From NCBI RefSeq assembly GCF_963921235.1, contig NC_086097.1:90646001-90710000 (forward strand): a stretch of 64,000 nt of DNA, in the 5' to 3' direction. Every line of letters starts with the position of its first letter. The stretch's first letter is position 1. The stretch is from Mobula hypostoma. Taxonomy: Eukaryota. A program made the translations under genes and the position numbers. Positions 49,916 to 63,555 of the stretch are shown piece after piece. The notes under the pieces are model-generated. The model had not been told where the DNA came from, did not search any database, and was given only the letters and a program-made list of their open reading frames with translations.

Positions 49916-52119
49916 ACTGCCCCTCTCCTCAAATAACAACAGAAAATGAATACCAAACCTTCCTCGCCCCTCTCGTTTCCGCCTAAGCCCGTTGAGCCGA
50001 AGCCCTTAAGCCTTCACTCTGCTCCCGGCTCACTCCGCAGCCAGCAAACTACGCTGCCCGCTGTATGAGGCTCTGTTCCTTTTAAATCTGCCGCGCTGCA
50101 CTGCCCGACGTCATACGCCTGCGCAGTCCCGCCTCTCTGAACACCGTTGGAGAAAAGAAAAACGAAAATTTCAAAAATTTCTTCCTCCGCACTTCCGCTC
50201 CGACTCTCAGACTTCCTTCTTCGAATCAAACCCGAAGCAGGATTTCTGCCCTTTTTCTTCCCACATTGGTGCTGGTTTGTCTGGACCCCGTTGAGAAGGG
50301 CGGCGTTTCAGTTCTGGTGGGGACCAACACCCCTCTTGTGAGGAGGCTCATGGGGGCCTGCAAGGAGAAGGCTGGCGAGATCTTCCTGGGAACATTGTCC
50401 ATGCACCCAATGTTTCAAGCTGCTTTTGAGGAAGTGCGTGGCTGCATCAGGCCGGATACTGAATTTAGGCAAAGGACTGTGTGGTTCACCCAGTCGAAGC
50501 CAATGGTGGGACGGCCTGGGGAAGTAGCAAGAGTGATGGGGACCTCCAAATTTCCCGGAATGCCTGAGAGCAAGGCCTTCTTAGTGGATGCTCCAGAAAA
50601 CCACGAGGGGGAGTCAGATTTCCTGTGGGGGTACTGGTGAGAACCGAACTGCAGAAGCCCTCAGTTGTTCGGGCAAGCAGAATGGCAGTGATCGTTAGGA
50701 ACACTACAAAGAGGGAGGTCACCTTCAAGTGGGGGATGCCCCTGGTGCATCTGTTCCCAGTGACAGTAATGTCTAGTGCCCCGGTGAGACAAACCGGGGA
50801 GAAACTATTGGAAAAGAGGGGAAAGTTGACTGGTGAATCATTCAAATTTGGGGACTCCCCGGTTCTTGCGGGTTGGAAGAGGAGGTTGGTAGAGAAAATG
50901 TTGAAGCTGGAAGGAGTCCTTTCCACTGATGAGTTTGATGTGGGTTGATCCAGGAGCACTCGCCACACTATCTGGGTGACCGAGGACACCCCGCTTAGAG
51001 AGAAGTTGCAGCGAATGGCCCCTGCAAAGGTGGAGGATGTTCGGCTGCATTTGTGTAAATTGAAGGAAGCTGGGATCATCACTGAGTCCAGAAGCCCCTA
51101 TGCATCCACAATAGTAGCGGCCTGAAAGAAGAAAGGGAAGATATGGATGTGCATGGACTATAGGACTCTGGACAGGTGCACCATCCCTGACCAGTATACT
51201 GTCCCGAGGACTGAAGGTGTGCTGGTCTGTCTAAGTGGTGCGAAATGGTTCAGTGTGCTGGACCTGAGGAGTAAGTATTACCAGATCCCCATGGGTGAGG
51301 CCGACAAAGAGAAGACGACATTTATATGTCCCCTGGGATTCTTCCAGTTCAAAAAGATGCCCCAGGGCATCTCAGGAGCTCCTGTGAACTTTCAACAGGT
51401 CATGGAGAAGACGGTAGGGGATATGAACTTGCTTGAGGTATTGGTGTATCTGGATGACCTCATAGTGTTTGGATCCACCTTGGAGGAACATGAGTGAGGC
51501 TACTGAAGGTGCTCGGTCGCCTGAAAACTGAAGGGTTAAAACTTTCCTTGGACAAGTACCAGTTCTGCAAAACGTCTGTTAGCTATGTTGGGCACATAGT
51601 CACATGGCATGGAGTAGCTACAGATCTGGCTAAGATAGAGGTGGTGACCACTTGGACAAGATCCAGACTGTGAGCGCTCTACGCTTGTTCCTCGGGTTCT
51701 GTGGTTATTATCGGAGGTTCATGAAGGGCTATGCAAAGGTGAGTCACCCATTGAATCACCTTCTGTGCAGTTACCCTCCCTTGGGGAAGAAAGGGAGGGG
51801 TAAATAGAGGACAGGAGGGTGGAGAGCATCTTTGCCCGTCAGAGCCCTTCGGACTGAGGTAGGATGTAAACTGTGAAGAGGCCTCTCAGCCGCTGAAGGA
51901 ACTGTTGACTCAGGTGCTGGTGCTGGCTTTTGTGGATCTCCGATTGCCATACGTACTGCACACGGATGCCAGCCGAGAGGGTTTAGGGGGCGTCCTGTAT
52001 CAGGATCAAGGCACCAGGCTGAGACTCATTGCGTTTGTCAGTCGGAGTCTGTCACCCTCCAAGAAAAACTATCCCATGCACAACTTGGAATTTCTGGCAT
52101 TGAAATAGGCGGTGGTGAG

Positions 52120-55100
52120 AGATTTCCTGGTGGTGGCTGATGGAGTAACAGCAATCTGCTGTTGCTCCAACTCTAATTATCTTACTATTTCCAACATATC
52201 TTGAAACTTCTTTTTTAAGTGTGATATTCTTTCACTATGGCTGGAAGTACTAAACAAAAAGAGTGATTTTACTGCCTCTTCGGCTTCTATTATGGATTTG
52301 CTGCAAAGTCATACATGAGAAGCCTCTGAGAAGTTTCAACAATTCAGCACTGAATTTAAACAAATAGATGGTAAATTGAATTCTATTCAACAAATTCGTA
52401 ATGAACACAATAAATGTATTAAAATAATGAGGAAAATTTGTCGGCTCTGGAAACGGAAGTGGATGAATTGCAGAAGCTTTGTGAAAAGCAATCGAAGTCC
52501 AACGAAAAGTTAAGGCAGAAGATTATCAACCTAGAAGATAGAAGTAGAAGGAACAACCTAGGGGTTCTGGGTCTTTTTGCAAGAATTATTTCCGGAGATT
52601 TTGACATCAGTGCCTATGATCGATCAAGTTCACAAACAGTTCTTTCGAATGGTTCCGCTCCACTGTTGAAGCACAAAAGTTTTTAAAATCCGAAGGCTAG
52701 CTGTTTAGTTTCTCCATACATGAAGACACAAGATTTAATGACAAACTTTTAATTCGCAAATCCCGTTGAAGGGGCATGATTGGTTATAGGGTGGAATATT
52801 AAGATTCTTGAAGTCTATTCGCTTGAGGTTATGCAGGAATGTGCTAAATTTAAACAAGCTCGGTTGGAATTTTTTTAATAAGGGTTTTAACCCATCCCTT
52901 GGCTACCCATTTTGACTGAGAATCTCATTAAAGACGGATCCTTCAAATGGTTTTGTTTGAATGCTGAAGCACAAAGATTTTTTAAATTTTTAGATTTTTT
53001 AGATTAGATTATGAGGACACGCAGTCCTCTGTTATTGTCATTTAGGAATGCATGCATTAAGAAATGATACAATATTCCTCTGGTGTGATATCACAGAAAC
53101 ACAGGACAGACCAAGACTGAAAAACTAACAAAAACCACATAATTATAACATATAGTTACAACAGTGCAACAATACCATAACTTGATGAAGAACAGGCCAT
53201 GGCATAGTAAAAAAGTTCAAAGTCTTTTGAAAGTCCCACATCTCATGCAGACGGGAGAAAGAAGAAAACTCACCCTGCCATGCCTGACCACAGTCCGACT
53301 CTGAGTCGTCCGAAAACTTCGAGCTCTGATCAGCCCTCTGACACCGAGTACCGAGCGCCATCTCTGCCGAATGCTTTGACCTCAGCCTCGGTCGCCAGCA
53401 GCAGGCAAAGCCGGGGATATTGGGGCCTTCCCTCTGGAGATTCTCAATTGCACAGTCGCAGTGGCAGCGAACCGGGCATTTCAGAAATTTCTCCAGATTT
53501 TTCTCTGTGTCTTCTCATGTCTGTCTCCATCAAATCAGAATTGTCCACGGCCCCTATTTAACAAATACGATATCATTTCACCGGAGAGCTGCGCCATGTT
53601 CTCGTTCCGCCAAATTTGAAGGCTAACTGCTTAGTCTGTTTTTCCATGAAGTTATAAGATTAATGGTTAATGTCTATCTGTATGAATAATTGTGTCTTTT
53701 ACTTCTGGTAAACCTTTGTAACTAATTTTCTTTCATATTTTTAATACTGTATTTTTGATATATGAGAATTGAATCTCTTGTTTGGATATTGTTTAGTCTA
53801 GGTTGGAATATAAATAACCTTGAAACTAATTGGATCGATCACCAGCATTTCTGGGGGGTTGTCGGTAGTTATAGATGCCGACTTTCTATTGGTTGGTCGT
53901 CTTTCTTTGGGAGGTGGGCGGGGGTATGGTTTTTTTTTTTTACCCCAGAAGCTGTTTCTGAACTTTTAGCTTGGTTACCATTTTTCAAAGTTTATGGCTT
54001 GGTTTTTAACTTACATTTTAACCCCTCCTTTAAAGAATATTAAAAATGGACAAACTATTAATTTACTCAGTTTTAACGTGAAAGGGTTAAATCACCCTGT
54101 TAAACGTAATAAGATTTTTACTTATATTAAGAAATTTAAGGTCCCTATTATTTTTTTACAAGAAACTCAAATACACAAATCTATGTGTTTTTAGCCGTTG
54201 GAATGGACTTTGTTTTCACTCTTCTTTTCAGGCCAGATCTAGAGGAGTTTCAATTCTTATAGATAATATACTTTCCTTTGTCCAACATAAAGTAGTGTCT
54301 GATACTAATGGACGTTTTGTTATAGTTTCCAGAAAACTAGTAATAATAGTATTTGCCAATGTGTATACCCCAAATGTGGATGATCCAGGATTCTTTGAGC
54401 GTTTTTTTCATTTTCCCCACATCTGAATCTTTATTCTTTGGTGATGGGAGGAGATTTTAACTGTTGGCTAGACCCAATTTGAGACAGATCATCTACTAAA
54501 CCAGCGTCTCTTAATAAATCAGCTTTGTTTATTCAATCCTTTTTATTGAAGTGTGGTATAGTTGATGGTTGGTGTTTTTTACATCCTTTACATAGGGAGT
54601 ATTCATTTTTTTCCCATGTTCATCATACATTGATTATTTTTTTATCGATAGTCAAATGATTTCATCAGTTCATTCCTGTGAATATAAAGAGATTGCTGTT
54701 TCAGATCATGCTCCTATTTTACTATTTTTAAAACTTCCTGGTCTTCCTCAAACCAACAGATTTTGGCGTTTTAATACAACTTTGTTATCTGATAAGGAAT
54801 TTTAAAAATTTCTAGAGAAGCATATTATTTTGTTTTTTGAAGAAAATAAAACAGAAGAGACTTCAAATCTTATTGTATGGGATACTTTCAAGGCCTATAT
54901 TAGAGGACAAATTATTTCTTATACTGCGAGAGTTAAGAATAAAGCTAATAAAGAAAGAATTGAATTAGCCAATCAATTGAAACAATTAGATCAAAAATAT
55001 GCTATAGCTCCAGATCCTGTTTTATATAAAAGATGTGTTGAAGTTAAAACTAAATATGATCTTATGTTAACATATCCAATTGTTAACTTCTTAAAGATAA

Positions 55101-56360
55101 AACTGAGTTTTACATTCACGGAGATAAATCAGGCAAAGTATTGGCCAACCAACTAAAAACTTCTGTAGTTAAATGACAAGGTAAAGAAATTTGCAAAACT
55201 AGTGGTGATAGGACAACTGATTATTCTGAAATAAATTATACCTTTAGAGAATTCTATTCTAAACTTCATAGTTCTGATTCCCCTAAAGATAATACTGTAA
55301 TGAATATTTTTCTAGATCAATTAAATATCCCTGCACTTTCTGCAGATAATTGCAAACAGATGGATCAACCCATTTCTTATGAGGAAATCTCCATGGCTAT
55401 ACGTTCTTTGCACTCGGGGAAGGCTTCGGGTCCTGATGGATTTTCTGGAGAATTTTATAAGGCTTTTTCTCCATTAATTATACCGCAGTTACACTTAGTC
55501 TTTTTGGATTCTTTCAAATTGGATAGTTTGCCTCAATCTTTTTATGAAGCTTCTATTTCGCTTATCCTAAAAAAGAACAAGATCCAACTGAATGCTCTTC
55601 ATATAGGCCAATTTCGTTACTCAATGTTGATTCTAAAATTCTTTCTAAAGTTCTGCCTCGTAGGATTGAAAATATTTTACCATCTATTATTTCTGATGAT
55701 CAGACTGGATTTATTAAAAAACAACATTCCCATTTTAATATACGCTGTGTATTAAATGTTACTTACTCTCCTTCTCAGGAGATATCGGAATGTGTGATAT
55801 CCTTAGATGCTGAGAAGGCCTTCGATTGGGTTGAATGGAATTATTTATTTAAAACCTAAGAAAAATTTAATTTTGGACCTGATTTTATTCAATGGATTAA
55901 ATTACTTTATTAATCTCCTTCTGCTTGGGTTCTTACTAATTTTCAAAATTCCAAACCATTTAAGCTTCACTGTGGAACTAGACAAGGCTGTCCATTGAGC
56001 CCTTTGCTTTTTGATCTCGTTTTAGAAACCCTTGCGACTGCTTTTCAAGAATCTAATGATATCTGTGGTATTTTAAGGAGAGGTATCACCCACAAAATCT
56101 CACTTTACGCTGATGACATATTGCTTTTTATCTCTAACGCTGAGACCTCGTTACCTTGAGTACTTTCTTTACTCTCCCATTTCAGCCAGTTTTCAGGATA
56201 TAAATTGAACCTACATAAGAGTGAATTATTTCCTTTAAATAATTTGGTATCAATTAATACTAATCTCCCTTTTAAAATTGTAAGGAATCAATTTACTTAT
56301 TTCGTTGTAACAATCACTAAGAATTACAAACACCTGTTTACAGAAAACTTTCTTACTTTA
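52120..56360 (+). mobile_element. L1/Tx1-type LINE, degenerate, 3'-truncated
   Basis: ORF1 coiled coil ..KIINLEDRSRRNNL. ORF2 SFNVKGL, FLQET, GDFN, SDH, WDTFKAYIRG, GKASGPDGF, DAEKAFD, GTRQGCPLSP and LYADD. Confidence 0.9.
52990..53611 (-). mobile_element. ~630-bp non-coding retroposon copy inserted in L1
   Basis: Homologous to 11414-12045. TSD AAATTT at 52984-52989 and 53612-53617. Confidence 0.88.
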
Positions 56361-56361
56361 T

Positions 56362-56720
56362 TACGTTACATCTCCATCTAAATGTGCAATGTGCAATTTA
56401 TAGTAATTTATAATAAATAGTATGTACACCAGGATAGTCAATATAACATAGAAATACAATTGTGTTGGCATGAATTAATCAGTCTGATGGCCTGGTGGAG
56501 AAAGCTGTCACGGAGACTGTTGGTCCTGGCTTTTATGCTGCAGTACCGTTTCCCGGATGATAACAGCTGGAACAGTTTGTGGTTGGGGTGACTAGGGTCC
56601 CCAATGATTCCTCGGGCCCTTTTTACACACTTGTCTTTGTAAATATCCTGAATGGTGGGAAGTTCACATCTATAGATGTGCTGGGCTGTCTGCATCACTC
56701 TCTGCAGAGTCCTGCAAATG
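56362..56720 (-). mobile_element. Rex1/Babar 3' fragment
   Basis: ORF 56438-56698: TAQHI..ELPTIQDIY..IIGDPSHPNHKLFQLLSSGKRY..SFLHQAIRLIN. Confidence 0.85.
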
Positions 56721-58123
56721 AGGAATTATAAGGAATGCAAGAAGGAAATCAGAAGGGTTTAAAAAAGTTATTAGGTTGGTCTAGCAGATAAGGTGAAGGA
56801 AAATCCCAAGGGCTTCTGCAGAATTATTAAGAACAAAAGGATAGCAAGGAAGAAAATGTGTCCTCTGAAAGATCAGACTTCTCATCCATGCATGGTGCCA
56901 AAGTAGATGGGGATGAAAGATACATGGGTGAGAGAGTATGGAAGGCTATGGTCTGAATGCAGGTCAATGGGATTAGGCAAATTACTATTCTGGCATGGAC
57001 TAGATGGGCCAAAGGGCCTATTTCTGTATGGTAGTTTTCGTTGACTTTATTCAATGATTCTAGAAGTTAGATCACTACATGAAGAGCAATGCACTATGCA
57101 GGCACTAATGGTGTGAAAGTGCTGAGTCAATGCCTTTGGGTATGGAGAGAAGTGGAGCAAAATAAGGGAAGAAATGAGTGAGCGTTACAATAAAACCAAA
57201 AAGCTAATTTTCTTTAGCTTTGGTTAAGAGGCGTTTGGATTAATTTTCACACTCCTCCACAATGATAAAGAAAATCTTAACCACCCTCCCCACCCCAAAC
57301 TCTATTCACCACCAAACCAACTACTTGCATTGTGAAGTCCAGGAATGTCTCTTTTTAAAGAGATTCTGTTGAGCATCATAGTCCGGTGTGCAATTTGAAC
57401 GTGCAGGAATGTAAGAAGCTGCAGAGTGTAGTGGACTCAGCCCAATACACCATTGGCACAGGTCTTAATATCAGTAGCAACTACATGGGGTAGCATCCAT
57501 CATTGAAGATCCTGACCATCCAGGCCATTCAATCTTCCCAGAGCTACCATCAGGTAGGAGGTCCAGAAATCTGAAGGCTCACACAACTAGTTTCAGGAAA
57601 GGCTACTTCCCTTCAGTCATTCAGTTCTTGAACCAACCCAGTACAACTCTATTCACTAACTTGGTATTACAACACCATGTGTACGTTGATCATTTTGTAC
57701 TACAATGGCTTTTGTGTTTTTTTAAATTTTGTTCTAAACATGTTCTTTCTTGTAAAAATTGTGTATATATTTGACATGGGTTTTTTCTTGTAAGTGCTGC
57801 TTATATGATGCTATGTACTGTACCTACAATGCTATTGCAAGTAGGTTTTTCATTGACAATAAACTCTGCTTTCGAATTTTGACTTATTCTTCTAATTTAA
57901 TACAGGCAAGGAGCAGTGGTTGTAAGGGCTGAATGTCTCCCAATTGTTCCTGATTGCTAAGGAGCAAGAATACTTTCCCTTGACAAAGTAAATTAAACTG
58001 CTTTGATCTCCTGCACCCCTGCATGTTTGCCTACCATCCCACCCTTTACACCAACCAACCCTTTGACAATAGGACCATCTTGATAATCTCACTGAAAGGC
58101 ATGATCTGAGCCCACACCTAGAG

Positions 58124-58630
58124 TGTATTTAATATTTCAGTAATGTTTGAGTACTATTGCAAATATATTGTTTGATTAAACATTCTTTGCTTACATGATC
58201 ATTAAGGGTTATATGCAAGAAGTATGTAAATGGCTAATGTCATTACACCATCAGGTCATATGTAAGCACCTCAATAAAAGAAAAAATGAAGTAGACAAAA
58301 TATACCCTGGCTCCTGTGTTTTTCTTTTTGATTGGTTTCTGGAATAACTAAGGTGTTTAAGGAGCCAACTATCTACCTGCCGAAGCGCAGCATGTTTTTT
58401 GCTTTGAAAGCGACATTAGAGTTAAAAAAAATGCCGCACGTGTTTCTTCAGAAGGAGACAGAGACAGTTGAGTTAAAACTGGTAGAAAACAAAAGAAATT
58501 CACAGGTTCATAAACAGTGAGTATTGCGTAACTATAATAATAATAATAAATTTTTAAAAAGCCAAAGTGGCTGGCTACATCGGAAAGATAGAGGTGTTCA
58601 ATTGCAGAGCAGGTAACTGGATGATGTGTC
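58124..58630 (+). mobile_element. Gypsy-type LTR plus start of gag, relic
   Basis: TG-starting AT-rich LTR-like block with AATAAA, followed by AGYIGKIEVF....NW at ~58571-58620. Confidence 0.45.
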
Positions 58631-58799
58631 CATTCTGGGGCAGATCACTGACCTTTGGGCTCCACCAGACACTCAGCTCTCAGGATATATAGGATAGACC
58701 TGGCCATCTAAAGCAAAAGAAAACCCAGCCAGTGTTACAGGTAGACTGGCAGGTTCTGACACTGGCAGAAAAAGCAAGTCATCTAATGTTGTGAAATGT

Positions 58800-59435
58800 A
58801 ATATGCTGTGTGGAACACTGTAAAATGCTGCGTCAGACGATGTGCTGCTCCTCAAGTGTATTTTGGGTCTATTTATAACATTGGAGACAAATAGGGCTGA
58901 ATGGGAATAGGGGGAAAACTTAAAGTGAAAGGCAACAGAAGGCTCATGGTAATCTGAAAACCTATATTTGCTTTCTCCAGTGGAGAGGAAAGCACCTCAC
59001 GAGAACCAAACGAAGCCCACTACTTGGAAGAAATCCAAGTGAACGCCTACTTCTTCTCTTTGGACTTATGCATGGTGGGATGGAGCTGTTGCAACTGCTG
59101 TGGTGCGTGGGAACATGTGTAAGGTAGAGAGGGGGTGGCTGATAGATGGACAAGTGGACCAGGGAATGGCTAAGTAAATATTCAAAATGGAGAAAGGGAA
59201 AGGGGGAAGGGCTGGCGTGGTATAGTGTGGTCTACTTCCATTAACCACTGGCTGGGTGATCTTGTTTATCTCTATGACAACACTGTCCTCACCCTGTTAG
59301 AGATGATTGCTTTGAACCACCCCAAAACGTCGACTGTTCATTCCTCTCCATAGATGCTGCCTGACCTGCTGAGTCCTTCAAGCATTTTGTGTGTGTTGCT
59401 CTGGATTTCCAGCATCTGCAGAATCTCCTGTGTTC
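58800..59435 (-). mobile_element. Penelope-like element relic (GIY-YIG C-terminus) with inverted terminal repeat
   Basis: Minus strand TLEEQHIV at ~58836-58859, resembling the PLE LEEQHLIF motif. Adjacent plus-strand repeat AAACGTCGACTG..GATGCTGCCTGACCTGCTG at ~59325-59435. Confidence 0.55.
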
Positions 59436-60419
59436 ATGCTTACAGACAGTGGAGGAATTGAACCGGGGTCACTGGCACTGTACTGGTGTTACACAAAACA
59501 CTAAGCTACCAATGCATCCAACTAACTGACTTTTTTGATAGGGATAGGCAGCTTAAATGTTTTGGCCCAGACTAGATGGGCCAAATGGCCTGTTTCTATG
59601 CTGTAGTTTTCTATGACTTTGAATATAGATTCCACTGGTAGTTTGATGACACTTTATCACGGAAATAAATTGTTCAATAACTAAAAAGATTGCCTGCTTT
59701 TGACGAAACAAGAACAGTATATAATAATGTCAATGAATTTGGAGAACCAGAGTAATAAATATTCTTTAGAATCAAATGTTCTATTTATCAAAAAAGGGCC
59801 ATTGAGTTTACAGTATACCCAATTTTAATAAAATGTATCTTTGATCACATTTAGTTAGCCTATGTTTTGATGTATTACTGAAGATGTCCCTATCTGAATC
59901 ACTGAGAAGATGCTGACTACAGTGCCTGCTGGATAGTGGTGTGGATCTGTTACTTAGTGAGTGGTTATCCATGAATTTAGTCCTTTGCCATTACACCATG
60001 CACGCGTAAAACGTGCCATTAGTCCATGCTCACTTGGCAGAGATGATGTCAAGCATGACAGCAAGGCAAAAATTAATTCTTATGATTAACTTCTAATTTT
60101 TCCAATTATGTAAGCATTTGAGAGAGGCTAGATATGCTGCTTAATTTTCCACTGAAGTTAAAAGCCAGCAGAATTTGACTAAACAGTGTTCAACTTCAAG
60201 CACTCTTTGAAAGGCAATCTCCTATGGATTAGCTGTTCGAGGGGGATATCTACTTCAGGCAAATGATAACTTGCCTGCAAGAACATCGTGGGTCTTCTCA
60301 CGTTCTCCAGATGAATACCTTGACGAGCAGTTCAGTCAGACCAAAGGTTAGCCGAGTTCAATATTGTTCACCTGAACTCCAGCCAACTGGATAATAGAGC
60401 TTTGACCAGCAGCCAATCC

Positions 60420-61842
60420 GGATGTCGGAAGTTTGGAGAGGAGGGGACTTTAATCCGGAGCACTGCCCGAGGATAAGAGGCAGCAGTGGGTCACAGTAAG
60501 AGCAAATTAAAGGAATTCAGGGGCAAGCGCTGCAGCCATCATCACAGTGATCAATGCCTGAGTGGACATAGAGTGGTGACCTTGAGGCTTTAGCTCTTTG
60601 AGGCTTCACTCAGAGAAAGCCAAGCAGAGAAAAGTTCAAGTTTTCTGTTCTCTTCATATCTGCTCAGCTAGGGACAGTAGGGATGACAGGTAGGGTAGTG
60701 AAATGCTCTTCTTGCAGGATGTGGAAAGGCAGGGAAATCTCCAGTGTCCCAATTGACTACAACTGTAAGAAGTACATTGAGCTGCTGCTTCCAACACACT
60801 GTGTTAAGGAGTTAGAGCTGTAATTGGATGAACTCTGGAGTATTTGAGAAGCTCAAGGCATGGTAGATAGAGAGGTAGTTACACCCAAGTTGCAGGACAC
60901 AGGAAATTGGGTGACAGTCAGGAAGGGGAAAGGGGTTAGTGCAGAGTGCCCCTGCGGCCATCTCCCTCAACAACAGGTATACCACATTGATAGCGTCAGT
61001 GGAGATGACCTAATAGAGATGAGTCACAGTGGTCAGGAAGGGGGAGAAGAGGCACACTGCTGTGATAGGGGATTCATTAGTTAGCGGAAAGGACAAAATG
61101 TTCTGTGGGCAAGAACAAGATTCCCGGATGGAATGTTGCCTCCCGGGTGCCGGGGTCCATGATATCTCAGACTGAGTCCTCAGCATTCTTAAGTTGGCAA
61201 TGAACAGCCAGAAGTTGTGGTCCATGTAGGTACTAATGACAGGGAGTTCAGAGAATTAGGTGCTAAGTTAAAGGACAGGACCTTCAGGGTTGTGATCTCA
61301 GGATTGCTACCTGTGCCATGTGCTAGTGAGGTTAGAACTAGGGAGATTATACAGTTTAGTACATGGCTAAGGAGTTGGTGTAGGAGGGAGGGCATAAGAT
61401 ATTTGGATCATTAGACTCTCTTCCAGGGAAGGTGGGACCTGTACAAAAGGAACCATTTGCACCTGAACTGGAGGGGGACTAATATCTTATCGAATGATAA
61501 AAGGCCTTGATAGAATTGATGTTGAAAGGATGTTTCCTATGGTGGGAGAGTCTGAGAATAGAGGACACAGCCTCAGAATGGAGGGGCATCCTTTTAGAAT
61601 GGAGATGAGGAGGAATTTCTTTAACCAGAGAGTGGTAAATCTGCAGAATTCTTTGCCACAGCCAGCTGTGGAGGCCAAGTCTTGATGTCTATTTAAGGCA
61701 GAGGTTGATAGATTTGTGATTGGTCAGGACATGAGGGGACATGGGGAGAAGGGGCTGAGAAGAAAATTGGATCCGCCATGATGAAATGGTGGAGTGTACC
61801 TGATGGGCCAAATGGCCTAATTCTGCTCCTATATCTTATGGA
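60420..61842 (+). mobile_element. CR1 LINE, degenerate ORF1 joined to 3' end (most of ORF2 deleted)
   Basis: CSSCRMW, EVVTPK..GNWVTVR, HVGTND and VVISGLLPV, with a junction at ~61490 to IKGLDRIDVERMFP..RGHSLR and the 3' UTR. Confidence 0.85.
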
Positions 61843-62772
61843 TAAAATAATGCTGTATTAATTGCCATTCGAAGTGGAGAATTTTGGAAGCATTCAGCTG
61901 GTTAGACAGGATCCATAGAGAGAGCAACAGTTAGCACTGTGCCCCCACTGCCTTCTCTGCAATTTAAGACAAACTTGTTTTCTTCACGTTCCCAGTTCTG
62001 ACAGTGGGTCTTCAGCCTGAGATGATAACATTGAGTCTCTTTCCATGGGTGCTTCCTGACTAGCTGAGTCTTCCCAGTACTTCCTGCATTTTGTTTCTGA
62101 ATTCTAGCATCTGCAACTTTTCTTCTTGATTTCCATACACTGAGGTAATTCTACTCCAGTTGGAGTGAGAGTAAGATGGACAAATGGTATGCTGGAGTAG
62201 ATGCTTTAGAAGTTGACAGTAATTGATCAGATGATCAGGTTCCCTGGGTCCTGATTCATTCACTTTGGCCTGTAATAAATTTGAAATCTTTCGAAAATAT
62301 TTCAAATTGATTCCATATTAGTAAAAATCATGATATTTTTATGCATAAGTAAGAAGTCATTCTTTATAATATTTTAACATCAGTTCACAAGGATCAATTG
62401 AATGTATGTTGATCAATGGAATCTCATAATGCCTACTCACAAACCCTTGATTGTGTTTCTAGAGCTGCCTTCGTTTCACTTTGTTTGAGAATGCCATATT
62501 GCCCCAGGATATCTGTCAGAGCTGAATGAAAATCATTCCAATTGTAGACATGCCATTTTCTGCCGCCAGGCACTTACCCTTCCTTGCTTTAGACATAATC
62601 TCAAGTTATTTCCATTTTAACAATTAATGAAAGATGCCAGGATCGCTGAAGCCAACAGGTATTCCAAATGTAAATAAAACATGAGTTCAGCAACCTTTTT
62701 CTTTAGTATAGGGAAAACATAACAAAAACAGTGAGGGAAAGATATAACATTCAGATTCAGATTAGTTTATTG

Positions 62773-63555
62773 TGAAATCCCTTTCTTCTTGGGCATCTCT
62801 GGAAACCCAGCTCATTAGCCCCTTGCTAGCAGCCAGTGGATTCTGGGGTGATAAACCCACCTTTCTCAGTCTTCATACGTCTAGGATGTATACGACTTTG
62901 GTCCCGCCAAATCCATGAGGGTGGTATGCCTTGCCCACCCAAACCCCGGTTTGTGTGAATACTGTGTGATTTACTGCACTCAGCAAGAATTAACAGGTCG
63001 TACACTGCATACAATTTGTAAAGTATACTTAATAATGTTAATTTAAGCAAACAGTTATTAAATGAAAGAAAGAAAAAAAAACAAAAATGGCCCATTACTC
63101 TTAAGCGGTCAAATGTGCACTTAAGTTGGAGCTCATCTTGAACTTGTCTGTCACTTGCTGGACACTTGGTCTGTGTGAAAGCACACACCATGTTCCAAAC
63201 ATCGCTCGAAATCCATCTTGAACAAACAGGTCTCCCACAGGAGTATTGGTTCTTCCATTTTGAAGCCATTCATCTGCACAAAGCACCCTATGCAGCAGGA
63301 AAGACATCCTCAGCCGTCTTTTCCCGCTGTCTCCTTTCAGCTCCCGCCAACAAAGATCTTCTGCCAAGCGCTCTCCAGAACCTTCTCCCAATTCCACCAT
63401 CCTGATTGGCTGACAGCACATTCCCAAATTGAATAACAAACCTCTTTTCTTAGCTCAAACCCAAACAAGCTGAAAGCAGGACAGATTGCCCTTAAAGAGC
63501 TGTTAAAATGAAATACCTACAGCATAGCAGTTAAAATCTTAAGCAGGGCGTTACA
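62773..63555 (-). mobile_element. Solo LTR (Gypsy-type, related to the LTR at 43717-44298)
   Basis: TG...CA termini and 4-bp TSD ATTG (62769-62772, 63556-63559). The minus strand shares TGTTTGGGTT and AGCCAAT blocks with 43717-43860. Confidence 0.8.

Larger units (their letters stand above)
46088..50262 (-). mobile_element. Near full-length CR1 LINE inserted in Gypsy pol
   Basis: 5-bp TSD ACATT (46083-46087, 50263-50267); its removal restores Gypsy EILDTLVLVCLD in frame. Contains 5' UTR, ORF1, ORF2 and a (TTTCTATG)n tail. Confidence 0.95.
43717..52119 (+). mobile_element. Gypsy LTR retrotransposon with PNMA-like gag, degenerate, 3'-truncated, interrupted by CR1
   Basis: 5' LTR TGTA...TACA (43717-44298) and degenerate tRNA-Pro-like PBS. 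PNMA-type gag (RLFSG, RRQRLVESLSGQA, YLGALESAFG), protease ILDNGSQVT, RT CMDYR..LDLRS.YYQI..MPQG..YLDD, RNase H LHTDAS. No integrase or 3' LTR seen. Confidence 0.9.
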
